Source of the DNA: Octopus vulgaris
Taxonomy: Eukaryota
Length of the DNA: 64,000 nt
Assembly: GCA_951406725.2 (NCBI GenBank)
Contig: OX597827.1
Location: 31,310,001 to 31,374,000, forward strand
Direction of reading: 5' to 3'
Each line of letters opens with the position of its first letter. The first letter of the stretch is position 1. Below are positions 34,303-48,547 of this stretch, one piece after another. Under the pieces are notes generated by a model. That model searched no databases and had not been told where the DNA came from. It worked only from the letters and a program-made list of their open reading frames with translations. A program made the translations under genes and the position numbers.

Positions 34303-35297
34303 ATAGTGTAACTGCTAGAGTAAGAATAGCCTGGGCAAAGTTCAGAGAGCTCTTACCTCTGCTGGTGACAAAAGGCCTCTCGCTCAGAGTAAAAGGCAGA
34401 CTGTATGATGCATGTATACGAACAGCCATGCTACATGGTAGTGAAACATGGGCCATGACTGCTGAGGATATGCGTAAGCTCACAAGAAATGAAGCCAGTA
34501 TGCTCCGATGGATGTGTAATGTCAGTGTTCATACTCAACAGAGTGTAAGTACCTTGAGAGAAAAGTTGGACCTAAGAAGCATCAGTTGAGAGACCTGTAA
34601 GAGAGACGTTTGCGCTGGTATGGTCATGTGACGAGAATGGCTGAAGATAGTTGTGTGAAAAAGTGCCACACCCTAGCAGTTGCGGGAACCTGTGGAAGAG
34701 GTAGACCCAGGAAATCCTGGGACGAGGTGGTGAAGCACGACCTCCGAACTTTAGGTCTCACCGAGGAAATGGCTACAGACCGAGACCTATGGAAGTATGA
34801 GAAGACCCGGCAGGACAAGTGAGACCATAACCCATGGCCTCTACCAGGGATGTAGCCAGTCCACTTATGCATACTTTTCCTTCTTGGGACACAAAACTCC
34901 ACTTGTGAAGACAGGTTGAGGCAAGTGGAAATCAGAATCAAAATTGAAATCGATCAACATCAATGGAAATTGTAGCTGTGATACCAGTGCCGGTGGCACG
35001 TAAGCGAACCATCTGAACGTGGTCGTCACCAGCGCCGCCCCGACGGGCCTCTGTGCCGGTGGCATGTAAAAAGCACCATCCGATTGTGGCCGTTTGCCAG
35101 CCCTGTCTGGCACCTGTGCCGGTGGCACGTAAAAAGCACCCACTACACTCACGGAGTGGTTGGCGTTAGGAAGGGTATCCAGCTGTAGAAACATTGCCAG
35201 ATTGGACTGGGCCTGGTGCAGCCTTCTGGCTTCCCAAACCCCAGTTGAACCGTCCAACCCATGCTAGCATGGAAAGTGGACGCTAAATGATGATGAT
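34303..35297 (+). mobile_element. 5'-truncated RTE LINE
   Basis: ARVRIAWAKFRELLPLL..KGRLYDACIRTAMLHGSETW..RWYGHV..GRGRPRKSW, then 3' UTR and (TGA)n. Confidence 0.9.
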
Positions 35298-35320
35298 GTG
35301 TGTGTGTGTGTGTGTATGCA

Positions 35321-35368
<48 letters not shown>

Positions 35369-35597
35369 TGTATATAATGTGTATGTGTGCTTGAGTTTGT
35401 CCCCCCATCACCACTTGATGGCTGGTGTTGGTGTGTTTATGTCCCCATAACTTTGCAGTTCAGCAAAAAAGACCAACAGAATAAGTATCAGGCTTAAAAA
35501 AAAAGTACTGGGGTCAATTCTTCATTTAATTAAAAATTCTACAAGGCAGTGTAGAATTCTAATGGCCACAGTCTAATGACTGAAACAAGTAAAAGAT

Positions 35598-35632
<35 letters not shown>

Positions 35633-35784
35633 TTATCATCATCATCATCATCGTTTACCGTCCACTTTCCATGCTAGTATGGGTTGGACGATTTGACACT
35701 GGTCTGATGAACCAGACTCCAATCTGATCTGGCAGAGTTTCTACAGCTGCATGCCCTTCCTAACGCCAACCACTCCAAGAGTGT

Positions 35785-36110
35785 AGTGGTTAGAGCGAGA
35801 AGTTTACAATCGTGAGGTTGTGAGTTTGAGTCCCAGACTGGGCTGTGTTGCGTTCTTGAGCAAGACACTTTATTTCAAGTTGCTCCAGTTAACTTGTCTG
35901 CAGAAATGAGTTGCGACATCACTGGTGCTAAGCTGTATTGGACCCCTTGCCTTTCCCTTGGATAACACTGGTTGTGTGGAGAGGGGAGGCTGGTATGGAT
36001 GGGCGACTGCTGGTCTTCCATAAAAAAAACAACCTTGCCCGGACTTATGCCTTGAAGGGTAACTTTATAAGTGCAATTCCATGGTCATTCATGACCAAAA
36101 GGGGTCTCCT
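35785..36110 (+). mobile_element. SINE family C
   Basis: Homologous to 33035-33375. Confidence 0.75.
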
Positions 36111-36157
36111 CCTCATAACCCATGCTAGCATGGAAAGCGGACATTAAATGATGATGA

Positions 36158-36190
<33 letters not shown>

Positions 36191-37073
36191 TACACATATA
36201 TACACACATGCATACGCACACACATATATACACACACACACATGCAACATACGTATAGGTTCTAGTTAGTAATATTAAAAACAGTCCAGTTTTTGAAAGC
36301 TGTGAGAGACAGCTTTCAACAAAAGTGTCTTTGTTTAGATAACATCAAATATTTGTATAAGTAGAAGTAAATGATGAATGATCATGCAAATGTTTGCATA
36401 TATATTACGTGCTTGTAGATGTCTAGCTGCATTTGTGTGTTGTTGCATTTTTAACTGTCTCGTGCTGTACAGCACATTGGTCCATCCATGCCCCACCCTA
36501 TCCTGTGTGTTTGGGTGTTTATTTTGTGATATGGTAGATGAGAAGAAGTTGCTGGCTTCTCACTCAGCCTTTTCCCTCTTTTCTTGGAGGTCAATACAAT
36601 TGTGTTTCACCCTTAACACTGCCAAGGTAGTGCAATATAACTGAGTCTGTGAGAATGAAAGATATATATATATATATATATATATAGATATAGAGAGAGA
36701 GAGAGAGAGAGCAAGGAAATGATGTAATTGGTGTTAGGAAGGGTATCTAGTCATAGAAACAATGCCAGAAATGAGATGCTGAAGCAAGATGTGATCCTAT
36801 AACCCAGCATGGAAAGAGGGTGTTAAACAATGATGATGATGATATATGCACATACACACACACACATATATATATATATATCATCATCATCCTCATCTCC
36901 ATTTTATATATGTTTTCCATGTTGGCATGAAGTGGACAGTTCAACAAGAACTAGCACGTTACAGGATCACATTTTGCTATATCTCATTTTTGGCATTGTT
37001 TCTATGAGTAGGTACCCTTTCTAACACCAGCTACTCACATATACATATACGCATGCTTATATATGTTTATATG

Positions 37074-37109
<36 letters not shown>

Positions 37110-37129
37110 CATATATATATACATAATCA

Positions 37130-37560
37130 ATATCAAAATCAAATTCGATGACTGGCGTCCGTGCTAGTGGGGTGCAAAGAGCACCATACGAGTGTGATTG
37201 TTGACAGAGCGGCTAACTGGCTTCTGTGCCAGTGGCACATAAAAGGCACCATCTGAGTGTGATCGTTGCCAGAGCAGCCATCTGGCCTCTGTGCCGGTGG
37301 CACATAAAAGACACCTTACTGGCATAAAAGACACCTTACTGGCACCTGTGCCGGTGGCATGTGTAAAATATTCGAGCGAGGTCGTTGCCAGTACCACCCT
37401 CTACACTCTCGGAGTGGTTGGTATTAAGAAGGGCATCCAGCTGTAGAGACCATGCCAAATCAAACTGGAGTCTGGTGTGGTGCAGCCCCTCACTTTACCA
37501 GCCCTGGTCAAACAGCCCATCCCATGCCAGGATGGATAACAGATGTTAAATGGTGATGCT
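37130..37560 (+). mobile_element. RTE 3' UTR/tail copy
   Basis: Matches 8940-9400. Confidence 0.75.
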
Positions 37561-37687
37561 ATTACCTTTCAGATTCACACATTTATTGCAGTGTTTCTTC
37601 AGTTTTTCCAAGCTCAGAAGATTGCGCCTCCAACCAGGTCTTTCGTGATACCCTTAAAGCCAGGAACTTTTCAGCCCCACCTCATGT
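37560..37687 (-). mobile_element. Mariner-derived non-autonomous fragment
   Basis: Minus strand TA..GAGGTGGGGCTGAAAAGTTCCTGGCTTT (TIR-like), then LEKLKKHCNKCVNLKG. Confidence 0.5.
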
Positions 37688-37702
37688 ATATATATATATA
37701 TG

Positions 37703-37746
<44 letters not shown>

Positions 37747-38399
37747 TTAACTGTGACCTGTTGGGTCACCAGAAAAGTCTGAGTTTCCCAGCAATGGTGT
37801 TTTGATTCGTGGGTTTTCTTTCTTGTCCAGGTTATTTTGCAAGCTTTCAATGAATGTGACATCGAAATCATGTGTAAGTGGATTCTTTCCCCAGAAAAGG
37901 AAAAAGTTGGCAGCTATTTCTTGCATGCCCTACTACCACATAACAGGTATTTGGGTCCTTCATCTCAAATAAATCTTACGTGGTAGCAGGGCGTGCTAGA
38001 AATAGCAGCAAGATCTTTGGAGGTGAGATACGTTGAATGCACTCGAAAAAACCTATGGAAAAAATTCATTTCACACCGAGGTTACAAACAGGTCCTTTAC
38101 GAAATATTTACCATATTTTTAAAGGCATTTTGACTTTAAAATATTTTTTAAATATGCCAAAAAAAACTTTTGTAATGGTATTCACTTGAAAATAATTTAA
38201 AAAAACATAAAAATATTGTCTGTTTAAAAAAAACTAAAATACAAATACTTATTGTACAAATAACTGACATTTTTGAAATCACATTCACTTAAAAAATATT
38301 TCTAAATGATTAAAATATTGTGCTTAACAAAAGTGAAAATAGAAACATTTACTGTAAAAAGTCGCTGTGTTTAATCAAAAGGTTAGAGTTAGAGTGTCT

Positions 38400-38642
38400 T
38401 CCCTTTCAGGATGAAGTTATATTTGGAACATTTTCCCATTATGCACTGTTTTGGGTATTTATATCTACAAACCCCAAATATCTCAATAAATACTGGTCCG
38501 ATTTACACAAAACTTGTTTTATTCTGTTTAAATTAACATTTTAGGGGTAACTTAATTCATAGTATTTTCCCATTATGCACCAATTTGGCTGTGTAACATT
38601 GCAAACAAGCAAGACTGAAGTTCCCTTTTATTAGTATATAGA
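38400..38642 (-). mobile_element. Probable Helitron 5' end
   Basis: Minus strand A|TCTATATACTAATAAAAG...CTTGCTTGTTTG; 3' end not identified. Confidence 0.45.
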
Positions 38643-39114
38643 TATGTATACACATAGCGTGTAATTTAACTACAACCCTTCAGCATTTAAACTAACCAGA
38701 TCCAGTCCTACTTTATGGTCAAACAGGCCTCATGCCTAACTTCTAATATTATTCTAACAATGAACAATCACATCATGAAAATCTCATAGCTTCGAGGTAA
38801 TGTGATGTAAAACTATTTCTGCCCAAACATGATTCTAAATACTGCAAAATTTTCAATAGCCTATGATGTTTTAAAACACTTGAATTGGAGATTGATTTTT
38901 TTTTCTTTTGCAATTACTGATATGGCTTCAGCAAGTAGCAATTCCAGTTTGGATGGATTTACACTTGAAGACAAACAAAATGTAAAAGACAAAAAAAAAA
39001 ATGACAAAGTAACAATGATTTGTCTTTTAATGAATCAGATATAGATGTTTCTGAATTTTTATCTGAGTATTTTGAAAACAAAAGTTATGGCACTATTCAG
39101 GACACCATTCAAAA

Positions 39115-39332
39115 TATTCTTTTCTACACTAGATACAAGGCTTGACATTTTGGGAAGGAGGGGCCAGGCAATTAGATCGACCCCAGTATGCAACTGGTGC
39201 TTAATTTATCGACCCTGAAAAGATGAAAGGCAAAGTCAACCTCGATGGAATTTGAACTCAGAACCTAAAGACAGACGAATGCCACTAAGAATTTCGCCCT
39301 CGATGCTAATGTTTCTGCCAGCTCACTGCCTT
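39115..39332 (-). mobile_element. SINE family B
   Basis: Homology to other family B copies. Confidence 0.8.
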
Positions 39333-39469
39333 GCACCCTTCAAAATATTATGGTAATATGGCCAAACGATACCACAGCAATAGATATTCCTAATTCTATT
39401 CAAAATACATAAGTGTAAATCATGGCTATTTAAAGACCTACTGATAAAAGTTTCAAGTTTACATTTCTT

Positions 39470-39677
39470 TTGTTTGTTTTATTTATTTCAGTCAACTGAC
39501 TGTGGCCATGCTGGGGCAATACCTTGAAGAAATTTGGTTGTATTTTTTTGTTAAGCCTGATACTTATTCTATCGATATCTTTTGCTGAACAGCTAAGTTA
39601 CAGGGGACTTAAACACACCAACACTTGTTGTCAAGCAGTGGTGGGGAACAAACACAGATTCATAGTTATATATATAT

Positions 39678-39728
<51 letters not shown>

Positions 39729-40480
39729 AAAGGCTTCTTTCAGTTTCTGTCTACCAAATCCATTCACAAATGCTTTGGTCAGCCCAAGGTTATAGAAGAC
39801 ACTAGCCCAATGCCATGTAATAAGACTGAACCTGGAGTCATGTGGTTGAGAAGCAAGCTTCCTACCATACACACGCACATATATATAAATATTGGCACTC
39901 GTGCCACAGTACCACCTGATTGGCACTAGTGCCAGTGGAACGTTAAAAGCACATCTGGACGTGATTGTTGCCAGGCCCACGGATTGGCTCCCATGCCGGT
40001 GACACGTGAAAAGCACCATTCGAGCATGATCAGTTCCAGCATCGCCTTACCGGCACATGTGCCAGTGGCATGTGAAAAACAACGTTCGAGCAAGGTCATT
40101 GCCAGTGCCACCAGACTGGCTCTCACGCAGATAGCACATAAAAAATCTTTTAACACTCTCGGAGTTGTTGGCATTAGGAAGGGCATCCAGCTGTAGAAAC
40201 TTTGCCAGATCAGATTAAGCCTGGTGCAGCCTTCTTGCTCACCAGTCCTCAGTCAAACCGTCCAACCCATGCCAGCATGGAAAGCGGACATTAAACGATG
40301 ATGATAATGATGATGATGGTATACGATGGGCTCTTTTCAGTTTCCGTCTACCAAATCCACTCACAAGGCTTTGGTCAGCCCAAGGCTATAGTAGAAGACA
40401 CTTAACCAAGGTCCCACACAGTGAGACTGAACCTGGAAGCATGTGGTTGGAAGCAAGCTTCTTATCACATGGCCACACCT
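39470..40480. mobile_element. Cluster: SINE A (-) 39470-39870, RTE tail (+) 39890-40320, SINE A head (-) 40322-40480
   Basis: Homology to copies elsewhere in the window. Confidence 0.7.
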
Positions 40481-41764
40481 ATTTAAAAAATAACTATGTT
40501 ACAAAGAAATATTTTTGTTATCTTTCTTGAGTAGAATTAATTTAAAACAATGTAAATAAGCATTTACACTTGACAAGGTAATTTAAAGATGGAAGGATGA
40601 AAATGTATAAATGTATGACTGGATTAGATTGGATTACCTATGTTTAGCCCACTGCAGGACAAAAGCTTCAGCATGTTTTTTCCACCAACCATGGTCTGAT
40701 GTGGAGGCTGTGAATTTGAGCTTGAGACCATACTGGTTTGGTGAACCTACTCTGTCACACTGGCTCAACATGGCTTGGCAGAGAGGTGCTGTTTTTATAC
40801 TCTTATCTGGGAGTAGTTAAGTTGGTTATATTGACCCCAGTATTCAACTAGTACTTATTTTATTGATCCTGAAAGAATGAAAGGCAAAGTTGACCTCAGT
40901 GGAATTTGAACTCAGGACATAAGGACAGATGAAATGCCACTAAGCATTTTACCCAGTGTGCTAATGATTCTGCCAACTCATCGCCCTTTTTGCATAACAA
41001 ATGAAGCAGTATTTAGAACTCTGTGAATTCCTGCATGTCCAAAAGATAAACTGCAAAGAGGTCTACTATTGTAGTCTGAATTTTTTTATTTGATTGAATT
41101 CTGTAGCAGGATTGGTCAAAAAATACATATAGAAAGCAAAATGAGAATTTGTTATAAAATGTTTTATTATGTCATCTTATGCCTATTTCATTAACGATGA
41201 GAAAAATGTCAGTTACATAAGGAAACCTTATAAGCAGATTACATTGTCAAATCTTCAGAGATTGCATAACTCTCACTAGTAAACTTTAGTATTTATACTC
41301 GTCTGCCAACAATGCTGTAGAATAACTGTATTGGATTATGTTAAAGAATTAGCTTACATATTCACTAGAAGGTGGGACAATATGTTTTATCTTAGCAGAT
41401 AAAAAAGTATTTGTGCTGCCATTGTGTCTATGAAAATAAGGGATATACATAGCTAAAGCTATCAGGTTTCAGAGATCACAGCATAATATTCCTATGAATT
41501 ATCTTGTAGGCTGTTAGGTTGCTAAGTATCATCTGTTGACTCTCTATAACCTTAAACCTTTACCTTAAACCCTAACACTGACCCCAATCCTAATTGCAAA
41601 TCTAAATTTCTCTTACAGAATTGTAATTTTCTAGGTTTAATATATTTATGGACAAAAAAAAGAACAAAATGTTGAAAATAGGAAAGTTAGTGCTAGATGT
41701 GTACTTTAAAATGGAGAACTTGAAGAATAATAATAACATTTTCTCCTCAGTATTTAATTGATGT

Positions 41765-42157
41765 AGGCGTAGAAGTGGCTGTGTGGAAAGTAGCTTGCTT
41801 ATCAACCACATGGTTTCGGATTCAGTCCCACAGCACGACACCTTGGGCAAGTGTCTTCTACTATAGCCTCAGGCTAACCAAAGTCTTGTGAGTGGATTTG
41901 GTAGACAGAAACTGAAAGAAGCCTGTCATATATATGTATATATATATGTGTGTGTGTATATGTTTGTGTGTCTGTGTTTGTCTCCCCAACATAGCTTGAC
42001 AACCGATGCTGGTGTGTTTATGTCCCCATAACTTAGCGGTTTGGCAAAAGAGACCAATAGAATAAGTCCTGGGGTCGATTTGCTTGACTAAAGGCGGTGC
42101 TCCAACATGGCCACAGTCAAATGACTGAAACAAGTAGAAGAGTAAAAGAGTAAAAGA
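41765..42157 (+). mobile_element. SINE family A
   Basis: Full-length copy. Confidence 0.85.
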
Positions 42158-44449
42158 GATACTATATTTTATTGACTTGTGAAGGCATGTGACCTAGTGG
42201 TTAGGCTGTTGCATTCACGATCACTAGATCACGGGTTCGATTCCCAGACCAGGTAATGCATTGTATTCTTGAGCAAAACACTTCATTTCGCATTGCTCCA
42301 GTCCCCCTTTGGTCAGTGGGGATTGTTGGCATGCTTGCCTAGCCAGTGGAGTGGCATCGTTTTAAGGTTAAAACAATGCAAGAGCGCATTGTGTGAAGTG
42401 ATGTGTAACAACATTTGAGAGTCTGGTCGGTCAAGTGATTACATGATATTTTATTGAATATAAGAAGGTGAAAAGCAAAGTTGACCACAGCAGGATTTGA
42501 ACTCAGAATGAAAACAAACAATATTGAAAAACTGTAAAGAAATAACAGCCAATGATATAGCAACTGTGCCAATCTACCATCCAGAGTTCTAACACTGGTA
42601 TAAGGGACAAGACCACAATTTCAGTGTGAGTGTGTGTGTGTATGTGTGCGTGTGTGTGTGTTGAGAGTCTGGTTCATTAATTTGACCTCAGGAATTCATT
42701 TCATTGGTACTTTATTCTAATGACCCAGCAATGGTCAAAATGCAATATTGACCATAGAAAGATTAAAACTCAAAACATAAAGGTCTGTAACTAGATTCTT
42801 CAAGTTTTAACTGGTACATTACTGATTCTATCAATCAGCCACTCTAATTACTACCCTACTAAATATAATTAATTCGTTTTTATCATTCTAATTTTAGTTT
42901 ATATCATTGTTCATGAAATTCCTATTGTCTATTTTTTCTATTTTTTTTAATGATTTTTAAATTTTTATTTTTCTATATTCAATTGTTTGCTGGATTTTTC
43001 TGCTTTATTTTTTCTCATTTATCCTTATTATTATTATTTGGTGTTTTCTTTAAACTTATTCCTCGAACACATCGTTTTTCCATCTTTTTTATTCTTTTTC
43101 TTCTTATTGCTCTGTTTTCTTCATTCTTTTATCTTTTTTTTCTCCATTTTTGCATTCTCCCATTTTCCTGTCTTCCTTTCCCTTCCTCTTCCTCCTCCTC
43201 TCCTCCTCCTCCATACATCTTTGTCAATAAAAATTAATGATTATAGCTTAATTGTTACCGATCCAATCCAATTATTGCAACTTTTCTATTAATTCTATAT
43301 TTCCAATTCCAATCATTACCATCATTGCTATTGCTGTTGTTGTTGTTATCTGCGGTTTGTAAAAAAAAAAGCCATTATTGTAAAACAGCTGTCGTTCCTT
43401 TCATTATATAATTCCATTCATATCCCGGTCGTATTACAAGACTCATAAACTCACCCAGTGCTTGACTGGGACCTTATTTCATTGACCTCCCCACCCATGG
43501 AAGAACGAAACACAGAACTAACCAGAGAGGGATTTAAACTCGACATACAAGATGCCATAATTAATTACCACAAGGCATTTTGTCCCTCATTGTACTGATC
43601 CTATCAGTCCACAGCTTTGTTGTAGCTATTGTGTAAGCCATTGTTGTTGTTGCTGTTGTTGTAGTTGCTGTTTTATAACCAATTTTCAAAATGGTAGTAT
43701 TTTTTAATTATCCCATTTACTGCGATTTTCTCTGGTTCATGTCATTGTTGCTGTTGCAGCTGCTATTTCTGTAGTTCCTGTTGCTGCATCTGTTATTATT
43801 GTTGTTGTTGTTGTCATTGTCTTTTAGCCAATTTACACTACAGCGTTTTGATTCTCTTTCTCTTTCTCTTGATGTGGCAACAGTTGTTGTTTTTGGTGTT
43901 GTTGTTGTTGTTGTTGTGGCAATGGTGGAGGTGGTTGTGTTTGTTGTTGTACTGGTGGTATTCATGACTGTTTTTAACTGTTGTTATTGTTGCTGTAGTG
44001 ATTGTTTTAACTTGTTGTAGTTGTTGCTTTTGTTGTTGTCAACAATGTGGTAGTTTGTGGTGGTGGTGGTGGTAGTGGTGCTGTAGTAGTTGGTGCTATT
44101 ACTGCAGTTGTATTGTTATTCGCAGAATATTTTTCCTTGTTTAACTCCAGTTTAGGCTTGATCCAGCAGACCTATGATCTAAGGCAATCCAGCAACGACT
44201 ATCTCAACATTCTTCTCAGACAGTATAACCGGGACTCCATAATCCAATATATTGCCTCCATTTGTTTTAAGACAGGAATATATTTGATTGGGATTTAGCT
44301 GCTACTCCTAGTAGGTAAATAACTACATGGAGGCTCTTCTAATTGGCTTGTTTTGCATATCAGCTTCCACTGATCCTCTAGGTTGATCTTCATCCCACAG
44401 ACTCTAGTAATCAAAGTCATTCCAGCTGTTGTCATTTTATCTTTTCTCA

Positions 44450-44900
44450 ATTTTTACCAAGGTGATGAACGCAGCTGCCACTTCCTCTGACAATTCTGTA
44501 AATGTTTCTGGTTGTTCACGTATCATATAAATCATGTCTATATATTCTGTGGTATGGACATAATGTATAAAAGCATGGATACTGAACAAATTTGAAGAGG
44601 GTCTAATCAATGCGTTAAAAACGTGGGTGTGCAAGAAAATGTTACAAGAGATTTCTTACAAGGACCACTGGACAAATGAATTTGTGTTACAAGTAAATGA
44701 AAAACAACTTCTAAACATTGTGAATGAACAAAAGTTTGTTTATTATGGCCATATTTGAAGAAACAGAGCTTTGGAAAACTTTATCATGGAAGGAAGAGTA
44801 GAGGTCAGAAGATAAAGAGGCAGGCAAAAGAACATAATGGATGGACAATATCACGAGCTGGTTGGACATGAGTGGCAAGGCAGCTGGATAACTTGAACTT
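44450..44900 (+). mobile_element. Old RTE-like LINE 3' fragment
   Basis: ISYKDHWTNEFVL..LLNIVNEQKFVYYGHI..LENFIMEGRVE..RGRQ..WMDNITSW. Confidence 0.7.
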
Positions 44901-45049
44901 AATTGGAAAGATAATCTATTGTGGTATCATCACTGCACTGCAATAAGGACTATGGTATTCATTCATAGTAATTATGACACGTAAATATATATACACAGGT
45001 AGACTAATAACCGTATCAAATAAACATGTGTGTGTCTGTCTGACTGGGG

Positions 45050-45362
45050 AAGTGGTTGAGCAAACATCGTCAGGCTTCCTACTCCCCAGACTTGGCTCTG
45101 TGTGACTTTTGGCTATTCCCAAAGCTCAAAAAAACAAAAAAATATTCAAAGGGAAAAGATTTGAGTCAACAGAGGACATTAAGCAAAATTCAACAGCACA
45201 GCTCTACAGCATCTTAAAAAGTGATTTCCAGAAATATTTCCAGCAGTGGCAGGAATGCTGGTAGAAGTGTGTAGACTCCCAAGACGAATACTTTGAAGGA
45301 GATGAAATCAAAATGGTGAGTTTTTTAATCCAAAGGTTGGATACTTTTTGGATACACCTTGT
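45050..45362 (+). mobile_element. Mariner 3' fragment with TIR
   Basis: YSPRLGS/ALCDFWLFPKLK..KGKRFESTEDIK..FQQWQECW*KCVDSQDEYFEGD; ends TACTTTTTGGATACACCTTG|TA. Confidence 0.8.
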
Positions 45363-45997
45363 ATATACACACACACTCTTTGTCTCACTATAACCTTTCA
45401 TCATCTGAAACAAGATCCCCTCCTCCAATGCCCCCCTCCCCTTTCAAAAGATTTTTGTCTTGCAAGTACTTGGTGACCCTGTCAGTGCTGGTGCCACTTA
45501 AAAAGCATCCAGTCCACACAGTAAAGTGGTTGGCACACTAAAAGTGGAAGGGCATCCAGTTGTAAAAACCTTGCCAAAACTGACATCACCTGTGCTGGTG
45601 CCACGTAAAAAGCACTAATTCCATTCTGCTAACACCAATCACTCTGAGAGAGTGCAGTGGGTGCTTTTACATGCCACCGGTACGAGGGCCAGTTTGGTGG
45701 TTGTGGCAACAACCACGCTCAAAAGGTGTTCTTCATGTGTCACCTGCACAGGAGCCAGTTCGGCAGCACTGGCAACGGCCACACTCAAATGTTGTGTTCC
45801 ACATGCCACTGGCACATGTGCCAGTAAGGTGATGCTGGCAATGTTAGGAATGGCATCCAGCTGTAAAAATCCTGCCAAAACAGTTACAGATATCTGGTGT
45901 AGGCTTCTGCCTGGCCAGCTTTTGTGAAACCATCCCACCCATGCCAGCATGGAGGGTGGATGTTAAACGATGATGATGATGGTGGTGATGCTGATGG

Positions 45998-46031
<34 letters not shown>

Positions 46032-46529
46032 AACACATGTATATGTATCATCATTCAATGTGCATCTTCCATGTTGGCTTGGATTGGATGGTCAGACAGG
46101 ATCCAAGATGCTGGAGGACTGCGTTGAGCTCCACTGTCTGCATGGGCATGGCTTCTAACATGAGTCACTTTGCAGAGTGTCCTCGGTGCTTTGCTTATGC
46201 CACTGGTACTACTGGGGTCACAAAGAGAAAAGAAGTTACTTCAAATGAGTGAGGTTGTAATGGCCGTGGGACAGTGGTTTCATGCTAGGCTTCTTTCAGG
46301 TTTTATTGACCAAATTTGCTCATGGCTGCAGGCAAATGACTGAAACAAGTAAAAGATTAAAGATAACATATATATAATATCAGTCCCACTGAGTGGCACT
46401 TTGAGGAACTGTCTTCTACTATGGCCCAGACTGAACAAATCCTTGTGGGCAGATTTGGTAGATGGAAACTGAAAGAAGTCTGTCATTTGTCTGTCTGTCT
46501 GTCTATCTATATCTGTCTATCTATCAATC

Positions 46530-46530
46530 T

Positions 46531-46568
<38 letters not shown>

Positions 46569-47090
46569 TGTCATTGTTTAATGTCCGCTTTCCATGCAGG
46601 CATGGGTTGGACGGTTTTGACTGAGGACTGGTGAGACAGAAGTCTGCACCAGGCTCAATCTGATCTGGCAAAATTTCTACAGCTGGATGACCTTCCTAAA
46701 GCCTACCACTCCGAGAGAATGTAGTGGGTGCTTTTACATTCCACCGGCACAAGGGCCAGTTCAGCGGTTCTGGCAATGACCACGCTCAAAAGGTGTTTTT
46801 AATGTGCCACCTGCACAGGAGCCAGTCCAGTGGTACTGGCAACGACCACGCTCAAATGTTATTTTCCACATACCACTGGCACATGTGCCAGTAAGGCGAT
46901 GCTGGAAATGATCATGCTTGAATGGTGCTTTTTACGTGCCACCAGTACGGCAGCCAATCAGATGCCCTGGCAAAGCTCACGCTCGGGTGGTGTTTTTAAC
47001 GTTCCACCGGCATGAGTGCCAATCAGGCAGTACTGTCATTGGCCACGTCAGTGATTTTGATTTCACTTGCCTCAACAGGTCTTCATAAGC
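46530..47090 (-). mobile_element. RTE 3' UTR/tail copy with expanded minisatellite
   Basis: Homology to other RTE tails. Confidence 0.75.
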
Positions 47091-48380
47091 CAAGTTCAAT
47101 GAATGAGGGGTACTCATAAGTGGGCTGGTTACACATTATATATGTATGTATGCATGTCTGTATTTGTGTGTCTGTGTTTGTCTCCTGACCATCATTTTAC
47201 AACCAAGGTTGGTGTTTACATCCCTATAACTTAGTGGTTCATCAAAAGTAACCGATAGAATAAGTACTAGGCTTACAAAGAATAGGCCCTAGGGTTGATT
47301 TATTTGACTAAAAAACACATTTAAGGTGGTGCTCCAGCATGGCCACAGTCAAATGACCAAAACAAATTAAAAAATAGAAGAATGCATGTGTATGTATGTG
47401 TATATGTGTATGTATGCGTATGTGTGTGTGCATGCATATGTCTGTATGCATGTGTATGTGTGTATGCATGCATATGTGTGTGTGCATGTGTATGTGTGTA
47501 TGCATGTGTATGTATGTATGCATGTGTATGTGTATGTATGCATACATATATGTGTGTGTTTGTATCGCCTTCTCTGGATATTGCATGATAGTAAGAACAT
47601 GTTTGGCCCCAGGGAAAATAATTACCTTGCTTGGAAACGGGTGGATTGGCGACAGGAAGGGTATTCCATGGTAGGGTATCCATCAATGAATGCTGATTGC
47701 CCCAGACAAGCTTAAAAAAGTGAACATTAAAACAATGATGAAGATGATAACAATAATATTTGGTTATATTGTTTTCAAATTCTGACACAAGGCCAGCAAA
47801 TTCAGGAAGTCAATTACATCGACCCCAGTGTTTCACTGGTACTTAATTTATTGACCCTGAAAGGATGAAAGGCAAAGACGACCTCGGCGAAATTTGAACT
47901 CGGAACATAAACACAGATGAAATGTCACTAAGCAATTTGTGTGCCAATGATTCTGCCGGCCTTCCGTCCTGTTACGTATTGATATGTAATTTCTGATTCG
48001 TTGACCCAATGTGTGTGTCTCCGTATTGACAAAAAGATTTACAAACAATATTAGTCTTTAGACATAAAGGCTGATTGTTGTCTGTTCGTTTGATCGCTGA
48101 TTTGATTGTACAGCAACTAATGCGACTGCGGTTTTGCGTTGTCCTGTTCTTCTGCTAAGATAAAATATCAGGTATTATGTCAAAGATTTAGAATTTAGGG
48201 AAACCATTTTTTTTTCTTTTCATGAGACAGTATCAAATTGGACTGATAATTCCAGAATAGATTAACATGCTGAAGGAATATAAAAACATAGATGACCAAG
48301 ATTCCAGCTTTGATGAATAAAATGTCTTATATACATACACATTCAAACACATAGTATATATGTATACATACATATACATA

Positions 48381-48547
48381 CAGTTCTATATTTAAGAGAT
48401 GAGGAATTATTTACATTATTTACATTTGACGAATATTTGTCCTCATCTTGTTTGTTGCTAACACAACATTTCATCTGATGAAACATTGTGTTAACAACAA
48501 ACAAGATGAGGACAAAAACCCGTCAAATGTAAATAATGTAAATAATG
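48381..48547. mobile_element. Palindromic family H derivative (two inverted 3' ends)
   Basis: CAGTTCTATATTTAAGAG...TTTACATTTGACG...AACACAACATTTCA|TCTGATGAAACATTGTGTTAAC...CGTCAAATGTAAATAATGT. Confidence 0.8.

Noticed and set aside
41545-41595. Degenerate CCCTAA-like run
   Set aside because: Too degenerate and short to call an interstitial telomere.
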